Below, one piece after another: positions 1-10,969 of a stretch of DNA of 54,341 nt. Location: NCBI RefSeq assembly GCF_018977255.1, contig NW_024705325.1, positions 1 through 54,341 of the forward strand, written 5' to 3'. The notes below the pieces were generated by a model that worked only from the letters and a program-made list of their open reading frames with translations, was not told the origin of the DNA and did no database searches. The position numbers and the translations under genes were made by a program. Source of the stretch: Callorhinchus milii. Its lineage: Eukaryota. Positions within the stretch are counted from its first letter, which is position 1. Every line of letters starts with the position of its first letter.

Positions 1-1837
1 CTCCCAGCAGAGGTAACGATGTAGAGAGTACAATTTATATTTTTCAAGGTAGGTTATTGCATAATATGCTGAGTTTTGTTGTTTTATTTAACGGTAGAGT
101 AGGTAAGCATTGTCGGGCCAATTCACCGAAATCGCCAAATTGTTACGGTCGAAGATAAAACAAATGATAAGAATGTTGACCACCTTTATATACATATGAG
201 CTGCATATCACGAGCTTTCAAATTTCACTTTAAATTTGCGGCGGAGCTGTCGAGGTGGAGTTCTCTGGACAAACACGCGTACAGAGTCACCGCTCATTAT
301 GCAGATGTGAATGCGTTGACGTTAACGATGCAAGGAGGTTAACGTGCGAGGGAGCTCTCTGTAGCATCTGAGTGAACGTCACGATGATATGGTCGAACAC
401 TGAACACCTGTGAATGTGCCAAAGTTCCCCGTGCGGCAGACCGTGTGGGGGACTTTGGCTCTCTCGCGCATGCATTGCCCTGCAGTGGCGGCGTGTCACC
501 TGCGTCGCTTTAACAGCGACATAAAAAAAATGTTAAGCTCCAACACAAGCCCACTACGGAGCACAAATTGCAGCGAAGAAAATCCGGAGGAGAGGGGAGG
601 GGCGGGTGGGGCAACATATACCAAACAGAGCGATAGATTTAACATTTTAATTCACTTACACGGCTACCCCAGAGCTCCCCCGTCGGCCTGATTGATTGCG
701 AAATAGCTTTAGTGATTATATTCGTTTATTCCGTCATAAAAATTAAGCGTTGGGGAACTCCCCCCCCCCCCCACTCCTTCATCAATCTCTTTAGCTGCAG
801 CATCATTTGTTTGGCGTTCGAACGGGGATTAAAACGATGGCCGAGCAGACAAAGGGGGAAGGATTTGTTATTTTACTGTGACGTTCGACTGCCGTAAGGC
901 ACGTGGAAATTACTCACATTGCTAATGATGAAATGCACACCTTGTGTGTCAGTCCACTGCTGGATGCAGGCCTCCATTCGCGCGCCGCCTTGAAGTGTTA
1001 ACCCCGTCACTGACGTTGATTCCCTCCTGCGCTCTGCGGTTTCCTCGCACACGAAGCCAAACACTTTGTGAATGAAACTGGCCAAACATCCCAATGCAAG
1101 CAGGACCCTCCAGAGAGTCTCAAGACCCAGACTTTTTCTGGATGCATAAAGGACATCGGTGTCAGTGTAGCACCCACAATGTTCAGCACCGGGGCTGACG
1201 GACGAGAGGCCTGGGCGCCAGCCTATGAAGTGGGGGGGGGGGGGAATTGTATGGGGGGGTGGGGGGGGAGCCCATTTAACTCCTTACACCAGGACCCATG
1301 CCAAGCATCCTACCCACTGGGTCACCATAGCATTGGGCTCGTGATCAAAGGATCCCGAGTAGAAATCCTGGCCAGGGTTGACTTAGTCCCATCCCCCCAG
1401 CAGCACTGCGTCATCATAACTGTAACTGGGATTGGTGGATCAGCGATGGAGTAAAGTTTGGTTTTGCGGAGGTTATATTAGCGGCGGCCGCCGGCTTATT
1501 AAATTGAAATATTCTCCCCAACTTTGCGCTTTCACGGCATTTATCATTTACATCACAAAGCCGTCCCCAGCGGGAGTGCGATGAGTAACTAAATAATTAA
1601 ATTACCAGCTGAGCGGCACACATTTTGTAAAAAAAGACTCGCAGGAAATCTTTCTAAATCCCGCTCGCTCGCTCGGCGCTGCGGCAGCTTCGGGGTTCAG
1701 TTACTGGGGACCCTTGTGTGGAAGCGGTGCTGGCTCAGTGAACACAAAGGGATTTTCGATTGATTCCCTTTGATCAGTCGCCAGTAACCGGATAAGTACT
1801 TGTTAAAGCATTACACACTTACTCGACGACAGTCTGT

Positions 1838-2006
1838 TCACGCATACGCACGCGCGTGTACTCGCACGCGCACGTGTACGCGCGAACACACGCAGCGACC
1901 GCCATCTGCCCAAAGACTCTCATCCTCTCCGTGCGTGCCGGCGTTGTCCGTGTGTCTGTGTGTATGTCCGTCCGTCCGTGCGTGCGTGCGTTCGTGTGTT
2001 CGTGTG
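1838..2006. repeat. (CA/CG)n and (CGTG/TCCG)n simple repeats
   Basis: Alternating purine-pyrimidine tracts. Confidence 0.8.
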
Positions 2007-2462
2007 CCACCGATTATCAAAGCCAATGGCGCGTGGCTTGCCGCATTAGCGGGAGCGTTTGGTGCCCGTTGTGTGACGAACAAACGAGAGGGAAAGTTTG
2101 ATCCGGCCTAGTCCGAGGCGATGGCAGGATTTTATATCCGGAGTATCGCTCACCGGCCAGGCTCTGTGGGGTGAATGATGTGATTAATGTTTTGTATAAA
2201 TTAGATGCGCGTTGGTCGCTGCAGCTTAACGGCTTTCATTTCTGAGATTTATATTTTACGAGGAAATACGTCTCAATAAAGCAAGGGAGGCCTGGAGTAA
2301 ATACGCGTTTAAAATAACCATTTAGAATATTGTTCTTTATGCACATTTGCGGCTATCTCGAATACAAGAAAATTATAAATAAATAAAAACCCAGCATGAC
2401 TCCGACTTGGGAGACTGTTCCACGCATTGCTTGTCAACAAATTAAAAAAACAATCGAAGGTT

Positions 2463-2615
2463 CGTTTAATACGTTGGCTTTCGCGACCAATATCATCTAT
2501 AATACAGGGTTTTTTGGGTTAGATCGCAATTTCTAATTGGCTGTGTTGGGTGGTGGCGGGTTTAACGAGACATTTATATTTACGCGATCTAACCCAAAAA
2601 GTACCTGTGTTATGG
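2463..2615 (-). mobile_element. Palindromic short element, family 2, internally shortened
   Basis: Extension gtttaatacgttggctttcgcgaccaatat, then arms tttttgggttagatcgc / gcgatctaacccaaaaa. Flanking repeats acaatcgaaggtt (2450-2462) / acaatcggaggtt (2616-2628). Confidence 0.8.
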
Positions 2616-2959
2616 ACAATCGGAGGTTACCAGGTCAGAGGTCAGAGCATTGTGCTGCCAACCGCTGAGATGCTCGGTTTGATTAGACCGTGTACCCAAG
2701 TGTAGCAAGTTAATGGTCTCAGCCCGGTCAGTAATGCCCACAGAAAGAAAAAAAGCACGAACAAATCATTTTGTCTCGGTTTGGTTTTTATTTAGCTGAA
2801 TTACACCTCTGGAGAATTACAAATTGGAGGCTCTCTCCAAATCAGGAGCACACGGGAAATCGCAGCGCCCCTCAGAGATCGCTCGTAGAGGTCTCGGGAG
2901 TAGTTCCGCGATGACGCCTTCCGCGGACCGTCGCTCTATAACACGAAGGCCGAACAATG

Positions 2960-3055
2960 CGGCCGTCACCACCGCCGTCACCGCCATCACCACAACAACA
3001 ACCACTACCACCGCCGTCACCGCCATCACAACAACAACAACAACAACCACCACCG
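2960..3055. repeat. (ACC/ACA)n trinucleotide repeat with internal duplication
   Basis: caccgccgtcaccgccatcac occurs twice, plus (aac)n. Confidence 0.9.
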
Positions 3056-3552
3056 CGCGAGAGTTCCCAACAGACGCTTATCTCGGCGCGCGACGCTGAT
3101 CGCGCAATTGGAATAAAATTGAGCAAGAGATGCAATTTTTTCTCTCTGGAAAAACGAGCCCTATTTTATCTCCTTTAAAAGTTTACATTCTCCCCCCCCG
3201 TCTCTGTGTCCGTCTCTCTTACACCCGTCGCCAAGCGCAGAGATGCCCCCCCCCCATTTCTCATGCCGAGAGGACGACCATTATCCCCCAATTCCCCCCC
3301 CCCCCCGTTTTTGTTCTTCTCACAGCGTGATTGAATGCAGAATGCGGAGGAAATTGGGAAGCAAATTGCGACAGATTGTGCTTTGTGGGGCCCGCGAGGC
3401 AAATTGTGGGTTTGTGGCGGTTGCCGGGTGAAGGGCGTTCACGCGTCCCCGGGGCTCACACGCCGCGTTGGCCCTTAATAGGCGCTCGCTAACAGCGCTT
3501 GCCGTGATAGTCTGTGTGGACTAAGCTCGGAGGGGGGAGGGGTGGGCTATGG

Positions 3553-3830
3553 GTGTGTGTGTGTAGCGGTTAGCGCACTGCGGACCCACTGACCCGAGTT
3601 CAATTCCCGCACGTGGCCATCACCAGTGTCGATTATCTGAACCGGTCCTGGGCCTCCCCTAAGTCGACTCGGCCTCAAATGAGTACTTAGTACGGTGTGT
3701 AAACATCAACACGAGAGAGACTAAGGCAGCCGGGAGTGGTGTGCCGTGCTGGCCTTCATAGGTGCTCGCTAGCAGCACTTGCCCCAACAATATGTTAAGG
3801 CTATACGGTGGATCTTTGTCTTTGTGTGTA
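3553..3830 (+). mobile_element. tRNA-derived SINE, family A
   Basis: Box B gagttcaattcc, body gaaccggtcctgggcctcccct-gtcgactcggcctcaaatgagtac, 3' part ggtgctcgct..cagcacttgcccc, tail gatctttgtcttt. A 3' fragment of another copy lies at about 3462-3523. Confidence 0.85.
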
Positions 3831-3833
3831 ATA

Positions 3834-4085
3834 GGGGAGCGGTAGTGTAGTGGTTAACGTGCTGCGCTACGAACCTGGCGACCCGAGTTCGATTTCCGCT
3901 CACGACCAATAACCGTGGGGAAAATCTAAACTGGTCATGGGCCTCCCCTAGGTCGACTCAGCCTTAAATTACCAACTGGTGTGGTGTTTAATATCAGCAC
4001 CAGGGGGACAAATGCAGCTAAGCGTGGTGTTGGCCCCCCTGCCCCCCTCCTTGTGTGCTGTCCCGGTGCTCGCTAATGCCAGACA
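3834..4085 (+). mobile_element. tRNA-derived SINE, family A (tandem with the previous copy)
   Basis: Head ggggagcggtagtgtagtggttaa (box A), gagttcgattt (box B), then ggcctcccctaggtcgactcagcct. Confidence 0.85.
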
Positions 4086-4544
4086 CATTTTACTTGGGCA
4101 TGTTGCGGGATTCCCTTGTTATTCACTGCATGCTTTGTTGAATTGTCATAGGCAGGACTCCTAATCCCAGCGGGGTTTCTGTCGAGGGGGTAACAATTTG
4201 CCTTCCTGTGTGTGATCTGTCCCGTTTGTACCGTCTCGTTTGTGTTGCGTCGCGTATGTTCAGTTTGTCTATTGTAACGCAAGCATGAATATGGAAGAGG
4301 CTTGTGGCGATTAACGATTCACCCCCTCGTTTAGTTTTTCCCGTCTCCCTCGTATTGTTCCTCTTTTGCTTTGTGCCATCCGAACGCTTTCACTTTTATC
4401 CAATGTGTGACGTGAGCATGTCATCATGATTATTACCGTATAAATAAGTCGCACGAGTTTTTCTAGGAATCAGTCTTTGCGCGCACATTTCGCGGGAGCG
4501 TATCGTCACGAGCGTCGGCACCCGACGCACCTCACGCAGCCCAA

Positions 4545-4720
4545 CCGGCCCGGCAGTCGGAAAGGTTGCGAGTTCAAATCCTGGTTCGGAGGTTCGATTC
4601 GGCTCCTCATCCCTCGCATCGATCCACGCTGGGCCAGCGTGGTAACGTATGCTCAAACAACTCCCCGCCCCCACTCCAACGACCTGCACTGCGTTTGGGG
4701 GCCTTCGTCTGTACCGTGGC
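4545..4720 (+). mobile_element. Diverged SINE with RTE-type tail
   Basis: Box B gagttcaaatcc, then ccagcgtggt...aaacaa...gggggccttcgtct. Related tails at about 7790-7863 and 25216-25240. Confidence 0.5.
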
Positions 4721-6425
4721 TGTGGTGTGGCCGTTGTGCCGAACAGGACCCGCCGTGTCAGCCCTTTACCGTGACCTTGTATAAAGTGGGAGGTCATACA
4801 CCGTACAAAACCCTCGGGATGGGGCGAGGGGTACGACACGATGTGAAATAAAGTGTAAACAAAAGTGAAACTCTCGTTTGGGAATGCTACCGCATGGCGC
4901 TCTAACCCTGGTGTGTTAAACATCGCATCAATGTTGTTGCCTCGATGATAAGAAATCATAAGCGGGGGTGGGGGGGAGAGGGGGGCGGGTGCTCAGCATT
5001 CAGCCCAGGAGTGAGGTTGCGGGAGGTGCGAGTTCAGGTCGCCCGACGCTTCGGTCCTGAGCAGTGCGTGTGTGCGTGTAGCCTGCGGTACCATCGCCAC
5101 CGTCGCTACCCCACGACCGTCGTCGCCGCTGCTTGCCTCGAGCGCGGGCGCGCATGCGCAGGCGGTTCACTCGATTGGAGACGGCGCCTGCGCCTCCACC
5201 TCCCGCATAAGCTCGCCGAAGATGAGGTGTCATTGCGGCGGCCAGGTTTAAATTTACGGCTGAGATCGATATCGCGGCGGCGATCGGATCTACATTTGTA
5301 AGTACTTTACACGGCGCGCGCTGACACGGGGCGGGTGCCGCGCTTCGCCGGGACCCCTGCGCCCGTGCCGCTAAACGGCCGAGATTCATGGCCGAAGCCA
5401 AAGGTTACGCCGCTTTGAGAAATTACTTGGCCCCCCGTGTCTGTTCCGCTGTCGCCGCCGCCGCCGTGCGCACGTGGAATTACGTCCGCACGGCAGCCCC
5501 CGCCGCACCTGCGGCAGCCGCGAGCTTCGCCCGTTTAAGGTTAAGCCCCAATGGCCATTTGAATCGCGTCGCTCTCGCTGATGGCCGCCCACGGAATTTA
5601 TTCGTGTTTCGTTTGCCCGTCGGCTTGGCGACGGAGCGGACAACTTTGCGGCGCTTCTCCGCCAGCACGCACGCGCTGGCTGCTGCAGGGTGACTCGGCG
5701 TCGTTGGGTTACTAAGTTTGAGTTTGAATACCGCCCGGAGAGAGGTTATGTGTTGAGTTGTGGATCCCTCCTGCGTAGATGCGGTTCTTTTGGGAAGCCT
5801 GCATATTGAAAAATGGTTTATTAAAGCATCGGCTATTTGTCATGATGTTCTGGTCAAACCCAACCCACGGTAGAGACAAGCGACAGGGTGGCTTCGGAGA
5901 GAGGGGGTCCGCTGCGGAGATTGAGCAATGAAATCGGCTTGTGCGTCGCAAGTGCTCGGTGGTTTGTTGCAGTGTGGGACCGTGTGAGATGGTGAGGAAT
6001 TGGCGTGGTGGTTCGGGGGGGGGTCGGAGGGCGCGCCTAATCCAGCAGCGGATTGATCACGGCTGATGATGATGATGAAGTCTCCTCTAACAGCAGAGCC
6101 TGCAAACGCTCTCAACTGTCTCCCTAATCCCCTCCACTCTGCCACCAGAGCCTTAGGGTGGAAGTGGGTCCTTAAGCTGCTCGGGGCTCCTTCCCTCCCT
6201 TCTCGCCCCCCGCCCATCCGCCTCCCAGCACATGCCCCTTGTTGGCGGTTGTTGCGGTGCTCGTGCTTGATAGGGGTTTTGTGGGTAATTATTGTGATTG
6301 TCACGAGAGTGGGCGCGTGCGGGCGGAGGGGGGGGGTGCCTTGGGCTGTTTGTATTTTTTGTGCTCTGGTGGAAAAGTGGTGGCTTGTCTCGTAGGCCTT
6401 GGGGAATGTGTGATGGTGGTGCTGG

Positions 6426-6493
6426 TGGAGTTGTGGTGCAGTGGTTAACGTGCTGATCCGAACCCGCGCTTCCCACCGTGGCGAACATCAGTG
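6426..6493 (+). mobile_element. SINE family A head fragment
   Basis: gtggtgcagtggttaacgtgctg...ttcccaccgtggcgaacatcagtg. Confidence 0.5.
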
Positions 6494-6499
6494 CCGGTG

Positions 6500-7150
6500 A
6501 TGCCCTTATGATGATAATTACGACACTGATAATGACGTCCGTATATAGGTATTGATGGTCGTCGTAACAGTTGGGACGATAATGATAATAATCATAATGA
6601 CAATTATAACGTCAATGATGACTATGCTCATGTGGATGATGGTGGTCACGAATGTAATGCCCGTGATAATGATGACAATTTTGATGATGCTGGTGCCGGT
6701 TGTGACGAGTGGAGGCTGCTATTGACATTTGACACCATGTCATTTTGTTCCCTGCCCCATCACCACCGCCGCTTCCACTACTACTCCTACTTCTGCTGCT
6801 TTTGCGCCTACTGCTGCTTTTCATGTTCCCGCTGCTGCTACTTAATTCACTGCACTTGTTGCTGTTGCTACTACTCCTGCTGCTTTTGCTACCTTTTGCT
6901 CCTCCTGGTTCACTTCCTGCTTCTGCTGTTATTACATCTGTTGCTGCTTCTGCTGTTGCTAATGTTGTTGCTGATGCTGCACCACTTGCTACTATTGTTG
7001 CTTTTGCTCTTTTGCCGCTTCGGCTACGGATGCTACTGCTTCTGCTGCACCCCCCAACCCCCGTTGCACCCCCTGCTGCACACGCTGATGCACGCGCCGC
7101 TGTAACCCCTGCTGCAACTCCCTGTTGCACTTCCTGCCGCTTCTTCTGTC
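6500..7150. repeat. Degenerate trinucleotide tract, (GAT)n then (CTG/CTT/GTT)n
   Basis: Visible 3-bp periodicity; produces the poly-L/A/S/C ORFs in the track. Confidence 0.9.
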
Positions 7151-7195
7151 CCCCTCTTGTACCTACTGCTGCACGCGCCGCCGCGGGCCGCGCAG

Positions 7196-7371
7196 GGGCG
7201 TTTGACGACGACGACATTGTGCACGTGGAGGGCTCGGTGGACCCCGTGCGTGACATCGAGATCATCCACGACGAGCTGCGGCTCAAGGACGAGGAGCTCA
7301 TCGCGCCCATCCTCGACAAGCTGGAGAAGATGGCCGTGCGGGGCAACGACAAGAAGCTGAAGCCCGAATAC
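7196..7371 (+). CDS. OLA1: OLA1 internal coding exon (equivalent to human exon 5)
   Basis: Translates as (R)[58 protein letters not shown], a close match to vertebrate OLA1/YchF as I recall it. Acceptor cgcag at 7191-7195, donor gtgagt at 7372. 176 bp, phase 1 start, phase 0 end. Confidence 0.97.
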
Positions 7372-7445
7372 GTGAGTCTCGCACCGCGGGGAGAGCGAGA
7401 GAGAGAAGAGCCTCTTTTGTTCAATCGAAAGTAAGCCACTGTTGA

Positions 7446-7546
7446 ACTTTATTTTTATTTTACCAAGGCTAGGACGACCACTGAGCTATATAGGTCTTTT
7501 TCATAAGCGACCTGGCTTAAGATTATTAGCTCAACGAAGTGGCTTA
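7446..7546 (-). repeat. Short interspersed repeat with LINE-like 3' tail; second copy at 19221-19297 (+)
   Basis: Minus strand aagccacttcgttgagc...agccaggtcgc...tggtaaaata matches aagccacttggtcgagc...agccgggtcgc...cctggtaaaata at about 19223-19297. Confidence 0.5.
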
Positions 7547-7613
7547 TCGCGTGAAGGTTTGTAGCAGCCAAATACGCTAAAACGCACATTGATTCTCAAT
7601 GCGGAGGGAAAAA

Positions 7614-7720
7614 CCGGAGGACCCGTTGTGGCCGAAACGTTGTGAGAATTATTTTATTATGTTTTATTTTTATTATTGTATTACTTCCCTTCTACGTGAC
7701 TTTACCGAAAGAACCAAGAA
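7614..7720 (+). mobile_element. Degenerate Penelope-like family 1 fragment
   Basis: ccgaaacgttgtga, a T-rich spacer and ctacgtgactttaccgaaagaaccaaga match the other two copies. The CTGANGA core has decayed to ccggagga. Confidence 0.65.
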
Positions 7721-8624
7721 GGCGAAATACATTGTTTTACTCTACTATGCTGCGACGTCCGTGCTGCCCCGCCTTCATCAATCCGCACGAACCAGCACGG
7801 TGAAATATGGTAAATGAACTTCCGTGACCGAGCATGGCATAGGGAGGGCTTCGTCCAGCGGTGAATGGACACAAGGGGGTGTTGCAGGTGGGTGTGGGGG
7901 GCGTGCGACGATGATCGTGGCGAATTGAGCGAAGCTGTTGGCTCTCCGCAAGATAAACCACGCACGTCCTAATCTAGTCTAAACTAATCTGCCGCTGTGT
8001 TTCCGAACGGCAACGGGGCTCGCATTCGTTTTGAGGTGACAGAAAAATAATGTTTACCAACATGTTGGGGGAAGGGGGGAGAGCGGCGAGGAGAATTTGC
8101 ATTTAATGTTTACGCGTTTATGCCACTGCCGTTATGTGTGACAAATCCAAACACAATCAGCCCCGCACGGCAACAAAGGACGTTGATGGGTCTGCGTGCG
8201 GAAGCTACCTCGGCCACTCTTTATTTTTACGTTCATCATTTTTTTTCTTTCCTCCCCCCCCAGTCGCTTCGGCGTTGCTTTTAAATTGCCGTATATTTTG
8301 GTTTTAATTACGCTTTTGATTTGAGTGTAACCGCAAAATTGGCGGCGATCTGCACGCGCCGTCAATTTGTGTGCACGCGCGGCGGCGCGCCACGTAATTA
8401 GGGCCTTGCGGTCGTCCCGGCAGCTGCACCATTATTTACCCGGATCGGACGCCCCCCGTTGCACCTCCCCACCCCATCCCCCGCTCGCTCCACCAAAACA
8501 CGGCAGTCTCAGCCGCCGTTGTCATCACCGCTGCCATCGCCGGTTTCGCCGCCGCCACCACCACCACCTCCACCACAAATCACTGCGGTCTCCGCCACCG
8601 CAACCATTGCCCCCACCACCGCAC

Positions 8625-8836
8625 AGTAGAGAGAGTTTTGGCGAGCGCGCCTTCTCGTACGCTGGGCCCAAGGCTTGAAAAACTCACTTGCCAGAAAACT
8701 GCGTGCCGAGAAAAAAAATCTATTATCTTTAGGAAACTTTGGAAATCTTTTCGAACTAGCTTTTAATTATAAAAGCACAGAAATTAATTACGTGATGTAC
8801 TTCTAGTCAATATTGTAAGCGGCTCAATATAAGTAA
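8625..8836 (+). mobile_element. L2/CR1-group LINE 3' remnant
   Basis: FGERAFSYAGPKA* (TGG mutated to TGA) followed by a decayed NSLP-like segment and a tgtaagcg 3' motif. Confidence 0.65.
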
Positions 8837-9187
8837 CGTTTGTTTTTAGTATTTAACCCACCTGTCACTGCCAACATCACCTCTACCACCATCATCACCA
8901 ACCACGGCCATCACCACCCCCCACCACGTCAAAATACTGCAGTCTCCACTGCCACCACCATCACTGGACCCACCACCACCACCATATCCCACGATGCCCC
9001 CCAATGCCTGGGCCGATCGTCCAATTCCAGAGAGCTTGGCTGAACTTTGAACCGATGTGAAATAACAGCAAGGAAATAGGAAGGCAGAGAAATCAAAAGT
9101 GCAGCGTATTTCGGGAGCATTCCCAGGGGCAGTGTGGCGGGCACTTACACGCGCTCGTGTTTACACGTTCTAGCAAATACTGGCTCA

Positions 9188-9298
9188 CTCGGCCTAGGGG
9201 AGGCCCAGGACCAGTTCGGATATTAATTGCCGCTGAGAATTGAACTGAGGTTACACGGTTCGTAGTGCAGTAGACTTGCCAGTGCGTCACCGCTTCCC
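9188..9298 (-). mobile_element. SINE family A, 5' half
   Basis: Reverse complement of the head (gggaagcggtgacgcactgg...ctacgaacc) and cctaggggaggcccaggacc. Confidence 0.7.
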
Positions 9299-10385
9299 AA
9301 CACTCACTGTGATCACCTGGTGTAGTACTTATTTTAGTTCGAGTCAACCTAGGGGATGCCCAGTTTAGAATACCCTTCCATTTGTTACTGGGGTGGGTTT
9401 TGCGTCTTGGCCGGCAAGTAACCTCGCGATTTTGTGGTCGTAGTGCAATGCGTGAACCATCACAACAACATACAAACCCACGGCGAAACTTAGTTTGGCT
9501 TGAAAAGCGAGCTAAAGAGACTAATTCCTAGCGCTCGCAAACCCTCCGAATAAACAACAATGAGCCAAGTCAGTCGCTCAAAGAACACCTCGAGGAAAAA
9601 GCCTTTGGAAGGTTTTCGCTTTTTGACGTAAATTCTGCAAAGAAAAGTGCAGCTGCGAATGGTGTGTGTGGCTGTCTTGAGGGCATGTGTGAGCTGGAAG
9701 GTTGTGTGTGTGTGTGCGCACTGGGGGGAGGGGGAGTGGATTTGTGTCCGGGTTGGCGCATTAGTACGCATCATTACCTCCTTTTCCACGGCAGGAGTTA
9801 GGGCAAGGGTTCCTAACTGCGCGTAAAGCATCGCACAAAGGGAATAGGTTATTTTTTTTCCACCACCGTTTTTTGTGTCTCTTTTTTTTTGTGTGTGTCA
9901 TCTGTCCGAAAAGTGGCAGATCAGCCAAAAACACCAGCTGTTCGGTAAAGGGCGCAGAAAAAATAATTTGCATCATAATGAGCGATTCCCACCCTGCACG
10001 TTACATCGTTATGCGTTCTGCTAATTAATATAAATCGCGCAGTATCAAAGCGTGTGTCGGCCCTTATCAGAAGCTCGGGATAAACACAATTGTCCATGAG
10101 CAAGTCCGCATCGCCTACATGCCGTGCCGCATCAAAAGCACAACATCACACTGTTGTAAACACGTTTTTTTCTCCCTATACGTAAAAACGGAGTTACAGC
10201 TATTTAGAAAATGTTGACGGTCATACTCAAGCCACGGCGCTTTAATTATCGAGCCGTTTTTTACTTGCAGAAGTGAGACGGAAACGTGCCATGCATTGAC
10301 GTTTATTTACGTCGCTTGTCTGGAAGAAAAGAAAGGGGTGTAAGAAAAAATTACTAAAAGTAATAATAGAAATAAAATAATAAAT

Positions 10386-10426
10386 CACGACGTTTCAGAG
10401 GCAACACAAGTCTCCGTCATCAGGTG
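10386..10426 (-). ncRNA. Minimal type I hammerhead ribozyme motif, core intact
   Basis: Minus strand reads cac-CTGATGA-c-GGAG-acttgtgttgc-CTCT-GAAA-cg-TC-gtg: 3-bp stem I, 4-bp stem II opening with a G-U pair, palindromic ACGT in place of stem III, GUC cleavage triplet. Confidence 0.75.
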
Positions 10427-10484
10427 GGACCGTATCTTGGAATCTTTGCCTCACTTGATACAGCAAATCTAGCTGTGACGGTCC

Positions 10485-10525
10485 CACCTGATTACGGAGA
10501 CTTGTGTTGCCTCCGAAACGTCGTG
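10485..10525 (+). ncRNA. Minimal hammerhead motif, probably inactive (G8 to U)
   Basis: cac-CTGATTA-c-GGAG...CTCC-GAAA-cg-TC-gtg. T at 10493 replaces the conserved G8. Confidence 0.65.
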
Positions 10526-10969
10526 ATTTATTATTTTATTTTATTTCTATTATACTTTTAGTAATTTTTTCTTTTCTTTTTTACCTACGTGACTTTACCG
10601 AAAAAACCTAAGAGTATGAATCCTTGCAGTCACGAAAGCTTCAAATCTAGAATTAAAGGGGTGTAAAACCGAGTGACGAGTCGCCGACTGATTTGCTTGG
10701 CGTTGCGTGTAGTGGTGGTGCTCACGGGAGCGCCACATCCTGGACGTGCCCCGAGCGGTGCTGGGACGCCACAGTCGTCATTCCAGTTATGAGAACCCCA
10801 AAAAAAACCTCGCCTAAGTATGTACGTATGTTGAACCTCTTTCACACCGTACGTCGCCAACCGTGGTCATCGGAGGTGCGGGGGAAAGACAAACCTCTCA
10901 ACGAAGTCGCCTATGTGCTCATTCCGCTCGACATATTTGCATCGCTGTGCCTCTCCGCGGCACCGTCAT

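Larger units (their letters stand above)
10344..10654 (+). mobile_element. Short Penelope-like element derivative, family 1, with inverted pseudo-LTR arrangement
   Basis: About 92-96 bp inverted repeat (10342-10433 vs 10478-10573), with the right arm extended to ...gtcacgaaagcttcaaatctag. Perfect 12-bp flanking direct repeat aaaggggtgtaa at 10332-10343 and 10655-10666. Each arm carries a hammerhead motif. Confidence 0.8.

Noticed and set aside
1232-1268. Long G runs (also about 21670-21750), potential G-quadruplexes
   Set aside because: Poly-G/C tracts are common throughout the left half; nothing specific supports function.
3834-3902. tRNA-like sequence with A and B boxes
   Set aside because: Continues into a SINE body repeated many times; no convincing cloverleaf.
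4945-5693. Overlapping 85-133 aa Ala/Arg-rich ORFs
   Set aside because: Expected in very GC-rich DNA; no homology or splice support.
6745-7434. 229-aa ORF containing OLA1 sequence
   Set aside because: Only 7196-7371 matches OLA1 and is bounded by splice sites. The upstream poly-L/A part is a stop-free trinucleotide repeat.
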